A stretch of 64,000 bases of DNA from Acidobacteriota bacterium (GCA_018001935.1 JAGNHB010000024.1:8511-72510), one strand, 5' to 3'; numbered from the stretch's first letter, positions 26,947 through 37,612 are shown. Numbers and translations are program-made. The notes: generated by a model not told the origin, from the sequence alone.

Positions 26947-28696
26947 CGGTTTGGTCCCCCGTTTCCGGCAGCGGCAGGCAGACGGTGAAGGTGGTCCCCT
27001 CGCCCAGCCGGCTGGCGACGCTGATCTCCCCGCCGTGCCGCAACACGATGTTCCGGACGATGGACAAGCCCAGGCCGGTGCCGTCCCGGCGTCGCGAGCG
27101 GGACTTGTCCACCACGTAGAAACGCTCGAAGATGCGGTCCAGGTGCGCCTCCGGGATCCCCTCCCCGGTGTCGGAGACCTCGATCACGGCCCGGCGCGCC
27201 ACCCGGCGGGCCCGGACGGTGATCCCGCCCTGCGCGGTGTGCCGGACCGCGTTGGAAACCAGGTTGGTGAACACCTGCTCCAGGAGGAACGGATCGGCCT
27301 GGAGCGGAGGGAAGCCCTCGGCGAGGTCCCGGGTCAGGGTGAGCCCCTTCCCGGCCAGCAGGGGGCGGAACTGCTCCTCCACATGCGACAGCAGCTCGCC
27401 CAGTTCCACGGGCTCGAGGTTCAGGGAACGGTCGCGGCGCTCCAGGTCCGCCAGCAGGAGCAGGTCGTCGGTGATCCGGGCGAGCCGCTCCGCATTCCGG
27501 CGAATGATGGCGGCGTGCTCCCGGTTGGGGGGGTCCTCCGACGCCATCATCTCCGCGTAGCCCTGGATGGACGCCAGCGGTGTCTTGAACTCGTGGGAGA
27601 AGTTCACCACCAGGTCGCGCTTGACGGCCTCGAGCCGCCGGAATTCGGTGATGTCGAACAGGAGCACGGCGGTCCGGTTCCCGTCGGAGAGGGGCGAGAG
27701 GCTGCACAGGAACTCCCGGTCGTGCAGGGCGAGCACCTCGGTCACCGGGGCCGCCGACGTGCCGGCGGCTTCCAGCAGCCCGCCGAAGCGGGGCGCCCGG
27801 ATCACCGACCAGTAAGGTTTCCCGGCGACGTCGGCCGTTCCCGCCAGGGCGCAGAAGGCCTTGTTGGCCCGCACGACGGTGAAGTCGCGGTCGATCACGA
27901 CGAGGGCCTCGCGGATGGCCGACAGGACGACGCTCCACTCCTCGTCCCGCCGCCCGAGTTCCCCGAACAGGCGCTGGACCTTCTCGGCCATGGCGTTGAA
28001 GGCCCCGGCCAGCTCGTGGAACTCCCCGGCCTGCCGCTGGTGGACCCGGGCGGTGAAATCCCCGGCGGAGAGGCGGCGCGCCGCCTGGGCGAGGTCCCCC
28101 ATGGGCCGGGTCATGCGGCAGGTGATCAGGAAGGAGATCCCGAGGGCGAGGAGCAGGGCGGCCCCGCAGGCGGCCAGGAAGGACCCCAGGAAGGGGGCGG
28201 CCAGGGCGTCCATGCCGGCCAGCTCCCGGCTGGTCCGCAGGACGAAGCGGGCGTTCTCCCGGTTCGGCCAGGGGATGGCCACGTAGAGGCGGTCCACCTG
28301 GGTGGTCTCGCTGTAGCGGGCGGACTGCCCGTAACCGGTCTCCAGGGCCCGGGAAATCTCCATGCGCTGGGCGTGGCCTTCCATGAGCCGCGGGTCGTGG
28401 GCGGAGTCGGCGATCACCCGGCCGGCCACGTCCGGGGCGACGACGGTGATCCGCAGACCCAGCCGGCCACCCAGGTTCACCACCCGGCGGTTCAACTGTT
28501 CCTCCCCCTCATGGGCCAGGGTGAGATCCAGGTCGTCCCCCAGCGCCAGGGCGGCCAGGAGGAGCTGGCCCGCCACTTCCTGCCGGTTGAACTCCCGGGC
28601 GGAGCGGACGGTGGTGACGGCGACCAGGGCGCCGAAGAGGGCCAGCACGCCCGTGAAAGCCGACCAGATCTTGATGAAAAAAGGGATGCGTCTCAT
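26933..28696 (-). CDS. phoR: phosphate-regulon sensor histidine kinase
   Basis: Start at MRRIPFFIKIW. Two TM segments with a periplasmic loop, HAMP, PAS, HisKA H-box (FSHEFKTPLASIQGYAEMM) and HATPase (GTGLGLSIV). ATGA overlap with phoB. Confidence 0.8.
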   Translation of the reverse strand: MRRIPFFIKIWSAFTGVLALFGALVAVTTVRSAREFNRQEVAGQLLLAALALGDDLDLTLAHEGEEQLNRRVVNLGGRLGLRITVVAPDVAGRVIADSAHDPRLMEGHAQRMEISRALETGYGQSARYSETTQVDRLYVAIPWPNRENARFVLRTSRELAGMDALAAPFLGSFLAACGAALLLALGISFLITCRMTRPMGDLAQAARRLSAGDFTARVHQRQAGEFHELAGAFNAMAEKVQRLFGELGRRDEEWSVVLSAIREALVVIDRDFTVVRANKAFCALAGTADVAGKPYWSVIRAPRFGGLLEAAGTSAAPVTEVLALHDREFLCSLSPLSDGNRTAVLLFDITEFRRLEAVKRDLVVNFSHEFKTPLASIQGYAEMMASEDPPNREHAAIIRRNAERLARITDDLLLLADLERRDRSLNLEPVELGELLSHVEEQFRPLLAGKGLTLTRDLAEGFPPLQADPFLLEQVFTNLVSNAVRHTAQGGITVRARRVARRAVIEVSDTGEGIPEAHLDRIFERFYVVDKSRSRRRDGTGLGLSIVRNIVLRHGGEISVASRLGEGTTFTVCLPLPETGDQTDGRE

Positions 28697-29376
28697 TCTT
28701 CGATCTTGTACCCCACCCCGCGGATGCAGCGGATGAAGGCCCCGGCCTCCCCGAGTTTCTCGCGAAGGTTCTTGACGTGGACGTCCACGGTCCGGTCCAT
28801 GACGATCTTGTCCTTGCCCCACAGGCGGTCCAGGAGGGTCTCCCGGGTGTAGACCCGCCCCTTGCGCTCCCCGAGGATGCACAGGATCCGGAACTCGGTG
28901 GAGGTCAGCTCGACCTTGGCCTCGTGGACGAAGACCTCGTAGGTCTCGGGGTTCACCCGGATCACGTCGCCGATGCAGATGAGGCTTTCGTGGGGGTCCT
29001 TCTGGATGCTCCGCCGCAGGATCGCCTTGACCCGGGCCGTCAGTTCCCGGAGGGAGAAGGGTTTCGTGACATAGTCGTCGGCCCCCAGTTCCAGACCGAG
29101 GACCCGGTCGGCCTCGCCCCCCCGGGCGGTGAGGATCAGGATGGCGATGTCGGCGGTCTCCGCGTTGCCCCGGATCTTCCGGCAGATGTCCAGGCCGTCC
29201 GCGTCCGGCAGCATGAGGTCAAGCACCACCAGGTCCGGCAGCAGCTTCTCGAGGGCGGTGTGGAAGGACTTCCCGTCGGAGAAGGCCATGACGGAGTACC
29301 CGGCCTTCATGAGGGTCTCCTTGATGAGGCGGAGGAGGTCGGGGTCGTCCTCCACGATGGCGATGCGCGGTTTCAC
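28693..29376 (-). CDS. phoB: phosphate regulon response regulator (OmpR/PhoB family)
   Basis: MKPRIAIVEDDPDLLRLI...LDLMLPDADGL receiver domain plus winged-helix C-terminus (YEVFVHEAKVELTSTEFRIL). Confidence 0.85.
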   Translation of the reverse strand: MKPRIAIVEDDPDLLRLIKETLMKAGYSVMAFSDGKSFHTALEKLLPDLVVLDLMLPDADGLDICRKIRGNAETADIAILILTARGGEADRVLGLELGADDYVTKPFSLRELTARVKAILRRSIQKDPHESLICIGDVIRVNPETYEVFVHEAKVELTSTEFRILCILGERKGRVYTRETLLDRLWGKDKIVMDRTVDVHVKNLREKLGEAGAFIRCIRGVGYKIEE

Positions 29377-30065
29377 GACACCCTCCCGCCCGGGCCCTCC
29401 GTCGCCGGGCCGTCGTCGACATGGTGGTGTTTCACGTTGTGCCCTTCCTCCAGGTAGATCACCTGTTCGCAGATGTTGGTGGAGAGGTCGGCGATGCGCT
29501 CCAGGTTCTGCACCACGCGGACCAGCTTCATGGCCCGCTCGATGACCGCGGCGTCCGTGGCCATGAGGGGGAGGAGGTCCCGGACGATCTTCGCGCAGAG
29601 GGCGTCCACCGCGTCGTCCCGGCCGAGGACGTCCCGGGCGAGCTCCGCGTCCCCCCGGATGAAGGCGTCCACGCTGTCCCGCATCATGGCGATGCTCAGG
29701 TCGGCCATGCGGGGGGTGTCCTCGAGGGGCTTCACCTCGGGGCGCTCCACGAGGAAGAGCGAACTCTGGGCGATGTTCACGGCGTGGTCGCCGATCCGCT
29801 CCAGGTCGATGGACATCCGGACGGCGGCAAGGATCTGCCGCAGGTCCCGGGCCTTGGGCTCGTACAGGGCGATGATCCGGGTGCAGAGTTCCTCCACCTC
29901 CATCTCGAGGGCGTTGAGCTGGGGCTCCTCGACATCGATCACCTGTCGCAGGATGTCCGTCTGCCGCTCCTTCAGCCCCCGGACGGAGTGCTCGATCATG
30001 GCTTCCGCGAGGGTCGCCATCCGGATGACCCGTTCCTTCAGGTGCAAGATGCGTTCTCCCAACAT
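29373..30065 (-). CDS. phoU: phosphate signalling complex protein PhoU
   Basis: Start at MLGERILHLKERV. Two PhoU repeats (ERIGDHAVNIA and ERIADLSTNICE). Confidence 0.85.
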   Translation of the reverse strand: MLGERILHLKERVIRMATLAEAMIEHSVRGLKERQTDILRQVIDVEEPQLNALEMEVEELCTRIIALYEPKARDLRQILAAVRMSIDLERIGDHAVNIAQSSLFLVERPEVKPLEDTPRMADLSIAMMRDSVDAFIRGDAELARDVLGRDDAVDALCAKIVRDLLPLMATDAAVIERAMKLVRVVQNLERIADLSTNICEQVIYLEEGHNVKHHHVDDGPATEGPGGRVS

Positions 30066-30115
30066 TGGCTGTCCTCCGATCCGGTCCGTCCGTCCCGGCG
30101 CCCCGCGCGGGGCCC

Positions 30116-30874
30116 CTAGCCGAACTTCCCCATGAGATATTCCTCCGTGCGCTTGTCCTTGGGCACGGTGAAGAGGGTCTCGGTGCTCCCGAACTCCACC
30201 AGGTCGCCCAGGTACATGAAGGCCGTGTAATCCGAGACCCGGCTGGCCTGGGCGATGTTGTGGGTGACCAGGCAGATGGTGACGGTCTTCTTCAGACCCT
30301 CCATCAGGGCCTCGATGGAGGCCGTGGCCTTCGGGTCCAGGGCCGAGGTGGGCTCGTCCAGGAGGAGGACCTCGGGCTTCATGGCCAGGGCCCGGGCGAT
30401 GCACAGGCGCTGCTGCTGGCCGCCCGAGAGGAAGGTCCCCTTCCGGTGGAGCTGGGTTTTCACCTCGTCCCACAGGGCCGCGTTGCGCAGGGACTCCTCC
30501 ACCAGCACGTCCGCGTCGGAGCGCTTGAGCCGGAGCCCGTTCAGCCGGTACCCCGCCAGCACGTTGTCGTAAATGCTCAGGGTGGGGAAAGGGTTCGGGC
30601 GCTGGAAGACCATCCCGATCATCCGGCGCACCCGGTTCGGCTCCAGGGTGTACAGCTCCTGCTCCCGCAGGTAGACCCTGTTTTCGACCCGGGCGTGGGG
30701 CGTCAGCTCGTGCATGCGGTTGAGGCAGCGGATCAGGGTGCTCTTTCCGCACCCGGACGGGCCCATGATGGCCGTCAGGCGCTTCTCGTAGACGTGAAGG
30801 GTCACGTCCCGGAGGACCTGGTTGTCCCCGTACCAGGCGTTGATCGCCTCGGTTCTCAGAATCGGATACTCCAT
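30116..30874 (-). CDS. pstB: phosphate ABC transporter ATP-binding protein
   Basis: Start [16 protein letters not shown]. Walker [13 protein letters not shown] signature [15 protein letters not shown], Walker [12 protein letters not shown]. Confidence 0.9.
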   Translation of the reverse strand: MEYPILRTEAINAWYGDNQVLRDVTLHVYEKRLTAIMGPSGCGKSTLIRCLNRMHELTPHARVENRVYLREQELYTLEPNRVRRMIGMVFQRPNPFPTLSIYDNVLAGYRLNGLRLKRSDADVLVEESLRNAALWDEVKTQLHRKGTFLSGGQQQRLCIARALAMKPEVLLLDEPTSALDPKATASIEALMEGLKKTVTICLVTHNIAQASRVSDYTAFMYLGDLVEFGSTETLFTVPKDKRTEEYLMGKFG

Positions 30875-31704
30875 TTCTTGATCACCAGCCGGGAGAGGAT
30901 GTTCGTGGACAGCACGACGAAAATGAGCACCACCGAGGCGCCCCACGCCACCGCCTGGTCGTCGGGCCAGGGGCTGCAGGCGCTTTTGTAGATAAGCTTC
31001 GGAAGGGCGTCCATGGGCTTGAGGGGGTCCGTTTCCATCAGGGGGTTCCCGAAGGCCGTGAACAGCAGCGGGGCGGTCTCGCCCGCCACCCGGGACACGC
31101 CCATGAGCACCGCGGACAGGATCCCGGGGAGCCCGCAGGGGATCAACACCTTCAGGACCGTCCGGTACCGGGGGACCCCCAGGGCGTAGGACGCCTCCAG
31201 CAGGTGGGACGGGACCAGCTTGAGGACCTCCTCGGTGCCCCGCACCACCAGCGGGAGCATCATCACGCCCAGGGCCAGGCCCCCGGCGAGGGCGGAGAAG
31301 CGACCCATGGCCTGGACCACCCAGAGGTTGAGGAGGATCCCGATGACCACCGAGGGCATCCCCTGGAGCACGTCCACCGCCAGCCGGGCCAGGTCGACGA
31401 AGCGCGACGGGCGGGCCTGCGCCAGGCACACCCCCGCCGAGACCCCGAGGGGGACCGCCACGGCCGCGGCCATGGAGACCATGACCAGGGACCCGACCAG
31501 GGCGTTGGCGATGCCGTCGCCCCATTCGTTGGGCGGCGTGGGGATGCGGGTGAGGAAGCCCCAGTCGATGTAGCGGACCCCGCGGGACACGATGTGCCAC
31601 AGGATCAGGAGCAGCGGGGCCAGGGCCAGGAAGGAGAGGAAGTGGACCACGACCTGGAAGGTCCGGTTCTTTGCCTGCCGTAAGCGGAGTTTGCGGTCTC
31701 TCAT
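30856..31704 (-). CDS. pstA: phosphate ABC transporter permease PstA
   Basis: Polytopic permease with an EAA-type loop ([28 protein letters not shown]). Positioned between pstC and pstB. Confidence 0.85.
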   Translation of the reverse strand: MRDRKLRLRQAKNRTFQVVVHFLSFLALAPLLLILWHIVSRGVRYIDWGFLTRIPTPPNEWGDGIANALVGSLVMVSMAAAVAVPLGVSAGVCLAQARPSRFVDLARLAVDVLQGMPSVVIGILLNLWVVQAMGRFSALAGGLALGVMMLPLVVRGTEEVLKLVPSHLLEASYALGVPRYRTVLKVLIPCGLPGILSAVLMGVSRVAGETAPLLFTAFGNPLMETDPLKPMDALPKLIYKSACSPWPDDQAVAWGASVVLIFVVLSTNILSRLVIKKWSIRF

Positions 31705-31705
31705 G

Positions 31706-32692
31706 TCACACCCTCACGCTCGATTTCTTGATGATGACCGTGCCGACGGTGTTGATGAGGGCCGTCACGACGAAAAGCACCAGCCCGACGCCCACCAGGG
31801 CCGCGGTGTGCATGCGGGACGTGGACTCCGCCAGTTCGTTGGCGATGACGCTGGCCATGGTGTTGGCGGGGGAGAAGAGGCCTTTGGGGATCTCACAGAG
31901 GTTCCCGATCACCATGGTGACCGCCATGGTCTCCCCCAGGGCCCGCCCCAGGGAGAGCAGGATCCCGGCGAAGATGCCGGACCGCGCGTGGGGGATGACG
32001 ACGTGACGGATGACCTCGTAGCGGGTCGCGCCCAGGGAGTAGGCGGCCTCCTTCAAGTCCGAGGGGACCATCTCGATCACTTCCCGGGCGATGGACGCCG
32101 TGTTGGGGATGATCATCACCGCCAGGACCAGCGAGGCGGCCAGGACGTTCGTCCCGAACTGGACGGTGGGGTCGATGGACTTGCCGACCGTCTGCACGAG
32201 GGGCACCAGGACCATGAGGCCCCAGAGACCGTAGATGACCGACGGGATGGCGGCGATGAGGTCCACGAAGCTCTTCGTGACGTCGGCGATTTTCCCGGTG
32301 CGCCGGTACTCGCCCAGGAACACCGCCAGGGCCAGCGAGAACGGGAGGGAGAGGGCGAGGGCCAGGAAGGACGTCAGCAGCGTCCCGACGAGGAAGGGGG
32401 CGACCCCGAAGACCCCCTTGGCCGCCTTGGCGGTGAGCCACGTGGCGACGAAGGGGGGGTAACCGGAAAACGGGAAGTCGGCGTAGATGTCGGAGGGCGG
32501 GGAGGGGTTCCACTCGGTCCCCGCCACGAAACTCCACCCGAAGTACTTCAGCGCCGGTGAGGCCCCGAGGTAGAGGGTGACGCACATGGCGACGAGGATG
32601 AGGACGAGCAGGGTCACCGACAGGCCCAGGCCGCCCTGAAAAAGGGTTTCCTTGATTCGCATCGACACTCGGTCACGAAGCCGCATGGTCAT
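31706..32692 (-). CDS. pstC: phosphate ABC transporter permease PstC
   Basis: Polytopic permease with an EAA loop (LKEAAYSLGATRYEVIRHVVIPHARSGIFAGI). Follows pstS. Confidence 0.85.
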   Translation of the reverse strand: MTMRLRDRVSMRIKETLFQGGLGLSVTLLVLILVAMCVTLYLGASPALKYFGWSFVAGTEWNPSPPSDIYADFPFSGYPPFVATWLTAKAAKGVFGVAPFLVGTLLTSFLALALSLPFSLALAVFLGEYRRTGKIADVTKSFVDLIAAIPSVIYGLWGLMVLVPLVQTVGKSIDPTVQFGTNVLAASLVLAVMIIPNTASIAREVIEMVPSDLKEAAYSLGATRYEVIRHVVIPHARSGIFAGILLSLGRALGETMAVTMVIGNLCEIPKGLFSPANTMASVIANELAESTSRMHTAALVGVGLVLFVVTALINTVGTVIIKKSSVRV

Positions 32693-32773
32693 TCCCCGAC
32701 GCGGTTCGCCGCGTCACGCCGACCGCCCGGAGCGCCGGGGGGAAGGCCCCGCCGGCGAACCGGGACGACGGTC

Positions 32774-33823
32774 TCACTTCATCAGGGGCTTGCCGTCGAA
32801 CCGGATGGACCGGATGATGGCTTCCGCCTTGGCCACCACCGCCTTCGGCAGCGGGGCGTAGAGGAGGTCCTTGCAGTACATCTGCCCCTCGTGGGTCATC
32901 CACCACAGGAGCTTCACCATGGCCTTCACCTTGGCCATGGGGCGGCCGCCGTAGTTCTGCTCGGGGTAGACCAGGATCCAGGTAAAGGCCGAGATGGGAT
33001 AGCCGTCCTTCGCCAGGGTGTCGGTGATGGTCGCCCGGGTGTCGGCGGGGATCTCGGTGACGGCCGCGGCGGTCACCGAGGCGATGGAGGGCTTGACGAA
33101 CACGCCGCCCCGGTTCCGGATAAGGGCATAGGGCATCTTGTTCTTCTCGGCGTAGGCCAGCTCGACGTAACCGACCCCGCCGGCGGTCTGCTTCACCAGC
33201 TGGGCCACGCCGGGGTTGCCCTTGCCGCCGATGCCGCAGGGCCACTTGACGGCGGTCCCGGACCCGACGCGCAGTTTCCACTCCGGGCTGACCTTGGAGA
33301 GGTAGTCGGTGAAGACGAAGCTGGTGCCGCTGCCGTCGGAGCGGTGAACCACCGAGATGGTGGCGGCGGGAAGCTTGATGGACGGGTTGAGGGCCGCGAT
33401 CCGGCCGTCGTTCCACGTCGTGATCCGGCCCAGGAAGATGTCGGCGATCACGTCCGGGGTCAGGTTCAGAAAGGGGCTGCCGGGGAGGTTGTAGGTGACC
33501 ACCACCGCGCCGAGGCAGGTGGGGACGTGGAGCACCGACCCGCCGAAGGAGGCCATCTGGGCGTCCTTGACGTAGGCGTCGGACCCGGCGAAGTCCACGG
33601 TCTTCTGCAGCAGCTGCTGGATGCCGCCGCCGGAGCCGATGCCCTGGTAGTTGATCCGGACGCCGCTCTGGTTGAGGTAGACGTCGAACATCTTTGCGTA
33701 CAGGGGTTCCGGGAAGGTGGCCCCGGCGCCGATCAGCTCCTGCTGCTGGGCGGGGGCGAAGGCGCCCCCGGCCGCCAGGAAAAGGGCCGTGAACAGAGTC
33801 AGAAGGCTAAGCTTGTGGCACAT
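32774..33823 (-). CDS. pstS: phosphate ABC transporter substrate-binding protein
   Basis: Signal peptide (MCHKLSLLTLFTALFLAAGGAFA) and a PstS/PBP-like fold (GAGATFPEPLYAKMF...QGIGSGGGIQQ). Confidence 0.85.
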   Translation of the reverse strand: MCHKLSLLTLFTALFLAAGGAFAPAQQQELIGAGATFPEPLYAKMFDVYLNQSGVRINYQGIGSGGGIQQLLQKTVDFAGSDAYVKDAQMASFGGSVLHVPTCLGAVVVTYNLPGSPFLNLTPDVIADIFLGRITTWNDGRIAALNPSIKLPAATISVVHRSDGSGTSFVFTDYLSKVSPEWKLRVGSGTAVKWPCGIGGKGNPGVAQLVKQTAGGVGYVELAYAEKNKMPYALIRNRGGVFVKPSIASVTAAAVTEIPADTRATITDTLAKDGYPISAFTWILVYPEQNYGGRPMAKVKAMVKLLWWMTHEGQMYCKDLLYAPLPKAVVAKAEAIIRSIRFDGKPLMK

Positions 33824-34000
33824 GGATCCTCCTTGCCGTCGTTGCGTCCCGCCGCCCGCGCTCGGGGGCGGCCGGGTTCTCGAGAGGACAGGGGGCGCGC
33901 GGTGCGAGCCCCCAGTTGCATCTTATGAACCGAAAATGAGGAAGGGTTAAATCCCGCGTGAAGATTGCGTGAATAGGGAACGGCGTTTCGCCGTTCCCTA

Positions 34001-35347
34001 TCAGAATTTGAACTCCAGGTCCAGGAGCAGCCGCCGGAAGCCGGGCGCCGTCCCGGTGACGGGGTCCGTGAAGAAGAGCTGGGCCCCGAGGGTCAGGTTC
34101 TCGAAGATGCTGTACTTGGCGATGACGGCGGAACCCTTCCGGTTGTTGTGGCCGAAGTCGCTGTCGGTGAAGGCGCCCACGAGGGCGTCCGCCTCGATCC
34201 GGCGGTAGGTGTAGTAGACGGACCAGTCCCTGGCCTTCTTGTTCTGACCCACCAGGACGCCCACCTGCCAGGCGGTGTCCTGGTCGGCGTTCACACCGGT
34301 GTGGTTCATGTCGTTGAGGTTCTTGTAATATTCGAAGTTGGCCTCGACGGGGATGCCGCGGGGCTTGGCGTTGACCTTCGCCATGACGCCGAGGGAGTCG
34401 AACTTGCCGGCGGCCAGAACGTCGTTGTTGAAGCCGGCGGGGCGGATCACCGTGTTGCCGTTGGCGTACTTGAAGTTGGTGGCGTAACGGATGTAGTGGT
34501 AGTAGTTCGACGACACCGTCGCCGTCGCCGGCCCGACGGGGACGGTGACCCCGCCCTGGTACGCGAGCATGTAGGCGTCCGGCCCGGCGGCGTTTTCCTT
34601 GATGAAGAGCTGGCCCATGGTGAAGAAGGGCGTCACGCCGCCGAAGGTCTTCGTGAAAGTCTGGTAGAAACCCTCGGGGTTGACGTCGGTGTCGTAGACC
34701 AGCGGGGTGCCCGCGGTCTGGACGAAGACGTTCTTGAACTTGCCGCCCCCGAAGGTGAAGAAGTGGCCGGGGAGGTCCGGGGTCCAGGTAAGGTACGCCT
34801 GGTCGATCCAGGCGCCCTTGCGTTCCCAGCTCGCCCCCATGGTCTGGTTGGTGGACGTGGCTTCCCCGCCCAGGTCCGCGCCGCTCGAGAGGGTCGTGTT
34901 GCCCGAGGCGAACTGGAAGTAGCCGGTCAAACCGTAGCCGATGGTCTTCTGGACGTTCACGCGAAGCCGAAAGCGGAAGCGGTTTCGGTCGATGGTGGTG
35001 TCGTCAAAACTCGTCCCCTCGTAGCGGAGCCGGACGTCCCCGCCGAACTTGACCCCGGCCAGGTTGGTCTTCTTCATTTCCTTGGAGAGGGCCTTGTCCA
35101 CCACGTCCATGGCCATCTTCTTGTTCTCGGTGTCCTTCTCGGCCAGCTCCGTCTTGGTGACCATCTCCTCCCGGCCGGCTTCCATCTCCTGCTTGAGGGC
35201 CTCGAGGGCCTCCTGCTGGGCCTTGATCTGGGCCTCCAGCTGCCGGATGCGCTCCTCCATGCCCGGGGCCGCGCCGGTCTCCTGGGCCGCCAGGGGCGCG
35301 GCGGCGAGGCCCAGCACCAGGATCAACAACAACTTCAGATGTCTCAT
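34001..35347 (-). CDS. outer-membrane porin, likely phosphate-selective (OprO/P-like), with N-terminal coiled coil
   Basis: Signal peptide, coiled coil (EERIRQLEAQIKAQQEALEALKQEMEAG), then a beta-barrel-like alternating sequence ending in aromatic ...LLLDLEFKF. First gene of the pst run, so position supports a Pho-regulon porin. Confidence 0.6.
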   Translation of the reverse strand: MRHLKLLLILVLGLAAAPLAAQETGAAPGMEERIRQLEAQIKAQQEALEALKQEMEAGREEMVTKTELAEKDTENKKMAMDVVDKALSKEMKKTNLAGVKFGGDVRLRYEGTSFDDTTIDRNRFRFRLRVNVQKTIGYGLTGYFQFASGNTTLSSGADLGGEATSTNQTMGASWERKGAWIDQAYLTWTPDLPGHFFTFGGGKFKNVFVQTAGTPLVYDTDVNPEGFYQTFTKTFGGVTPFFTMGQLFIKENAAGPDAYMLAYQGGVTVPVGPATATVSSNYYHYIRYATNFKYANGNTVIRPAGFNNDVLAAGKFDSLGVMAKVNAKPRGIPVEANFEYYKNLNDMNHTGVNADQDTAWQVGVLVGQNKKARDWSVYYTYRRIEADALVGAFTDSDFGHNNRKGSAVIAKYSIFENLTLGAQLFFTDPVTGTAPGFRRLLLDLEFKF

Positions 35348-35591
35348 CGGTACCTCCTGCGCAAAAGTAAGGGCGGAGTATCGCGCCGGAGATTGAGGCG
35401 CCGATGTGAAACAAATGAATTCTTGGTTAGCGGGGTCGGTGAACAGGCCCGGATCCTGGAGATCGCCTGCGCGGTGGCGACGAGCGCCGGCCGGGAGAGC
35501 GAAAACGGCCGGGCGTGGACGGCCGCCTCCTGGAACGGTTCTACCTGGTCGTGGAGATCCTGTCGGGCGAGGCGGAGGCCCGGGAATCGTT

Positions 35592-35855
35592 TCGCCGCCG
35601 CTTTGACCGCGTCGCGCAGGCTTCCGGAGCGGCGCGGGGAGAGTGCCGGCAGGCGAAGACCCCGCGCTCCGGGAGCGGTGCGTCCGTCCGGCGACCTGAC
35701 GTCCCCCGCGATGGTGAGGCGGCCCCCTTCCGACGGCGCTCCGGCGGCCTGCGCGCCTTGCTCCTGGGGTTTGTCAAAAAGCGGCGCTCCGTCAGACCTT
35801 CGCGCCGCACTCCCCAGGCCACCCCCACCGGCGCTTCGGCGGCCTTCGCGGCGGG
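35592..35855. repeat. family F2 composite intergenic repeat (second full copy), between the Pho porin gene and the nitroreductase-like gene
   Basis: More than 90% identical over ~200 nt to 25975..26175 (CGCCGCTTTGACCGCG.CGCGCAGGCTTCCGGAGCGGCGCGG ... CCCTTCCGACGGCGCTCCGGCGGCCTGCGCGCCTTGCTCCTGGGGT). Confidence 0.75.
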
Positions 35856-36000
35856 ATCTCCGACGCCCGCCCGCCGGCCGGTGTCGAAATCCCAGGGTCA
35901 TCCTCGCTCCGGAGAGGCGCGGGAGGGAAGGGGCGGAAGGGTTGATCCGCAGGGATTTTCGGAGTAGAATCGCCCCCGATCTTCTTTTCGGAGGTGCAGC

Positions 36001-36696
36001 GTGGGATGGCAAGGTGTTCTCGTCCGGATGACCGTTGCGGTCTTCGTGAGCTTGTGGGGGGGATCGGGCCTGGCCCAGGAAACGAAGCCCGCCGTGGGTT
36101 CGGAAACCGTGTGGAAACTGCCCCGGCCCCAGGTGGCGTCCAAGCCCGTACTGAAGATCCTGGAGATGCGCCGGAGCCAGCGGGAGTTCAGCCCCGAGCC
36201 CCTGCCGGACGGCGTCCTGGCCGAACTGCTCTGGGCGGCCACCGGCGTCAACCGCCCCGACACCGGGAAGCGCACCAACCCCACCGCCATGAACTGCCAG
36301 GAGATCGACGTTTATGTCGCCCTGGCCAAGGGCGTGTACCGCTATGACCACAAGGCCGGCGACCTGGTGCTGGTGGTGGCGGAGGACTTGCGGGAGCGCA
36401 CGGGCGGGCAGCCCTTCGTCAAGGACGCGCCCGTGAACCTGGTCTTCGTGGCGGACCTGAGCCGGGTGAAATCCCCCCGGGGGCCCGTCGACCGGGCGCG
36501 GGCCGAAACCTACGCCGCCATGGACGCCGCCTTCGTCTCGCAGAACGTCTACTTCTACTGCGCCGCCGAGGGCCTGGCCACCGTGGTGCGGGGATGGTTC
36601 GACAAGGAGGCCCTGGGGGCGGCCCTGAAACTGGGTCCCGACCAGAAGGTGGTCCTGACCCAGACCGTGGGCTACCCCGTGAAGGGAGGCAAGTGA
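36001..36696 (+). CDS. nitroreductase-like protein (SagB/ThcOx-type dehydrogenase family) with N-terminal signal sequence
   Basis: GTG start in the ORF track; an alternative in-frame ATG at MTVAVFVSLWGGSGLAQE looks like a signal peptide. The motif LEMRRSQREFSPEPLPDGVLAELLWAATGVNR matches the nitroreductase/SagB fold. Confidence 0.6.
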   Translation: MGWQGVLVRMTVAVFVSLWGGSGLAQETKPAVGSETVWKLPRPQVASKPVLKILEMRRSQREFSPEPLPDGVLAELLWAATGVNRPDTGKRTNPTAMNCQEIDVYVALAKGVYRYDHKAGDLVLVVAEDLRERTGGQPFVKDAPVNLVFVADLSRVKSPRGPVDRARAETYAAMDAAFVSQNVYFYCAAEGLATVVRGWFDKEALGAALKLGPDQKVVLTQTVGYPVKGGK

Positions 36697-37286
36697 TGAC
36701 CGCGAAAAAACGGGGACGGGCCCCTGCCTTCTCGACGAGGCGCAACGGGCATGGCCGGGCCGTCCGGGCCATCATGGCCCTGCTGGCGGGACTTCTTCTC
36801 GGGGGGGTCTGCCGGGCCGGCATGCCCGACTCCGACTTCCGCCGCTTCCTGCGGGACGTCAAGCTGGGGACCCCGCTGGACGGGACCGTCCGCTACCTGC
36901 AATCCGCCGGCACGGACAATTTCCGCGGTCGTGAGTTCGGCCTGTACCAGGGCCAACTGGGCTCCCTCACGCTGAAAGTCAAACTGGAGCCCGTCTCGCG
37001 CCACGTGGTATGGATGGAGGTCCGCTGCCCGGGCAACCGCTTCGACGCCTGGCGTCCCGTCGTCACCAGCGCCGTGGGGGCGTCGGCGTCGCAGATGCAG
37101 TACTTCTGCGACGACACCCGGAGCAGGAGCATCGTCTGGCGGACGACCCACAAGCTCATGGCGGAGATCTCGCTCAGGGACTACACGTATTTCCGCCTGG
37201 TGGACGAGAGCTTCTTCGAGCGGGTCTACGCCCTGTGCGAGCCCAAGCCCGAGGAGAAACCCGTCATCATCATCCCCCGGGAGTGA
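36696..37286 (+). CDS. hypothetical lipoprotein/secreted protein
   Basis: MTAKKRGRAPAF...AIMALLAGLLLGGVCRAG (possible lipobox). ATGA overlap with the upstream gene. No known domain. Confidence 0.4.
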   Translation: MTAKKRGRAPAFSTRRNGHGRAVRAIMALLAGLLLGGVCRAGMPDSDFRRFLRDVKLGTPLDGTVRYLQSAGTDNFRGREFGLYQGQLGSLTLKVKLEPVSRHVVWMEVRCPGNRFDAWRPVVTSAVGASASQMQYFCDDTRSRSIVWRTTHKLMAEISLRDYTYFRLVDESFFERVYALCEPKPEEKPVIIIPRE

Positions 37287-37290
37287 TTTC

Positions 37291-37612
37291 CACCACGAAA
37301 TACACGAAATACACGGACGGAACAAAGAGCCGATTCCGCCTCACACAAAGACACAGAGACGCAAAGCCTCGCAAAGGATCTCCTTGCAATTCAGTAGATT
37401 CGCTTTGCGGGGCTTGGCGACGTGGCGCCTTTGCGTAAGGCCTTTTCAACGATACGTGGTCAGGTTGCCTAAGCGGTCGCGCGCGGAAAAAAACCACGAA
37501 CCACACGAACCACACGAACCACACGAACGAGTGCAGATAACGGGAGACTTGAATTGATATCCAGGAGCCGGGGTGCCGGCCCTGTTCGTGTCGTTCGTGT
37601 GGTTCGTGGTTG
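37291..37612. repeat. family F6 arrays (CACGAAATACACGAAATACACGGAC; CCACGAACCACACGAACCACACGAACCACACGAACG; inverted CGTGTCGTTCGTGTGGTTCGTGG)
   Basis: Seen directly. The intergenic region has an internal AT-rich core. The same CACGAAATACACGAAATACACGGAC unit is at 7751..7790, upstream of parE. Confidence 0.7.
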
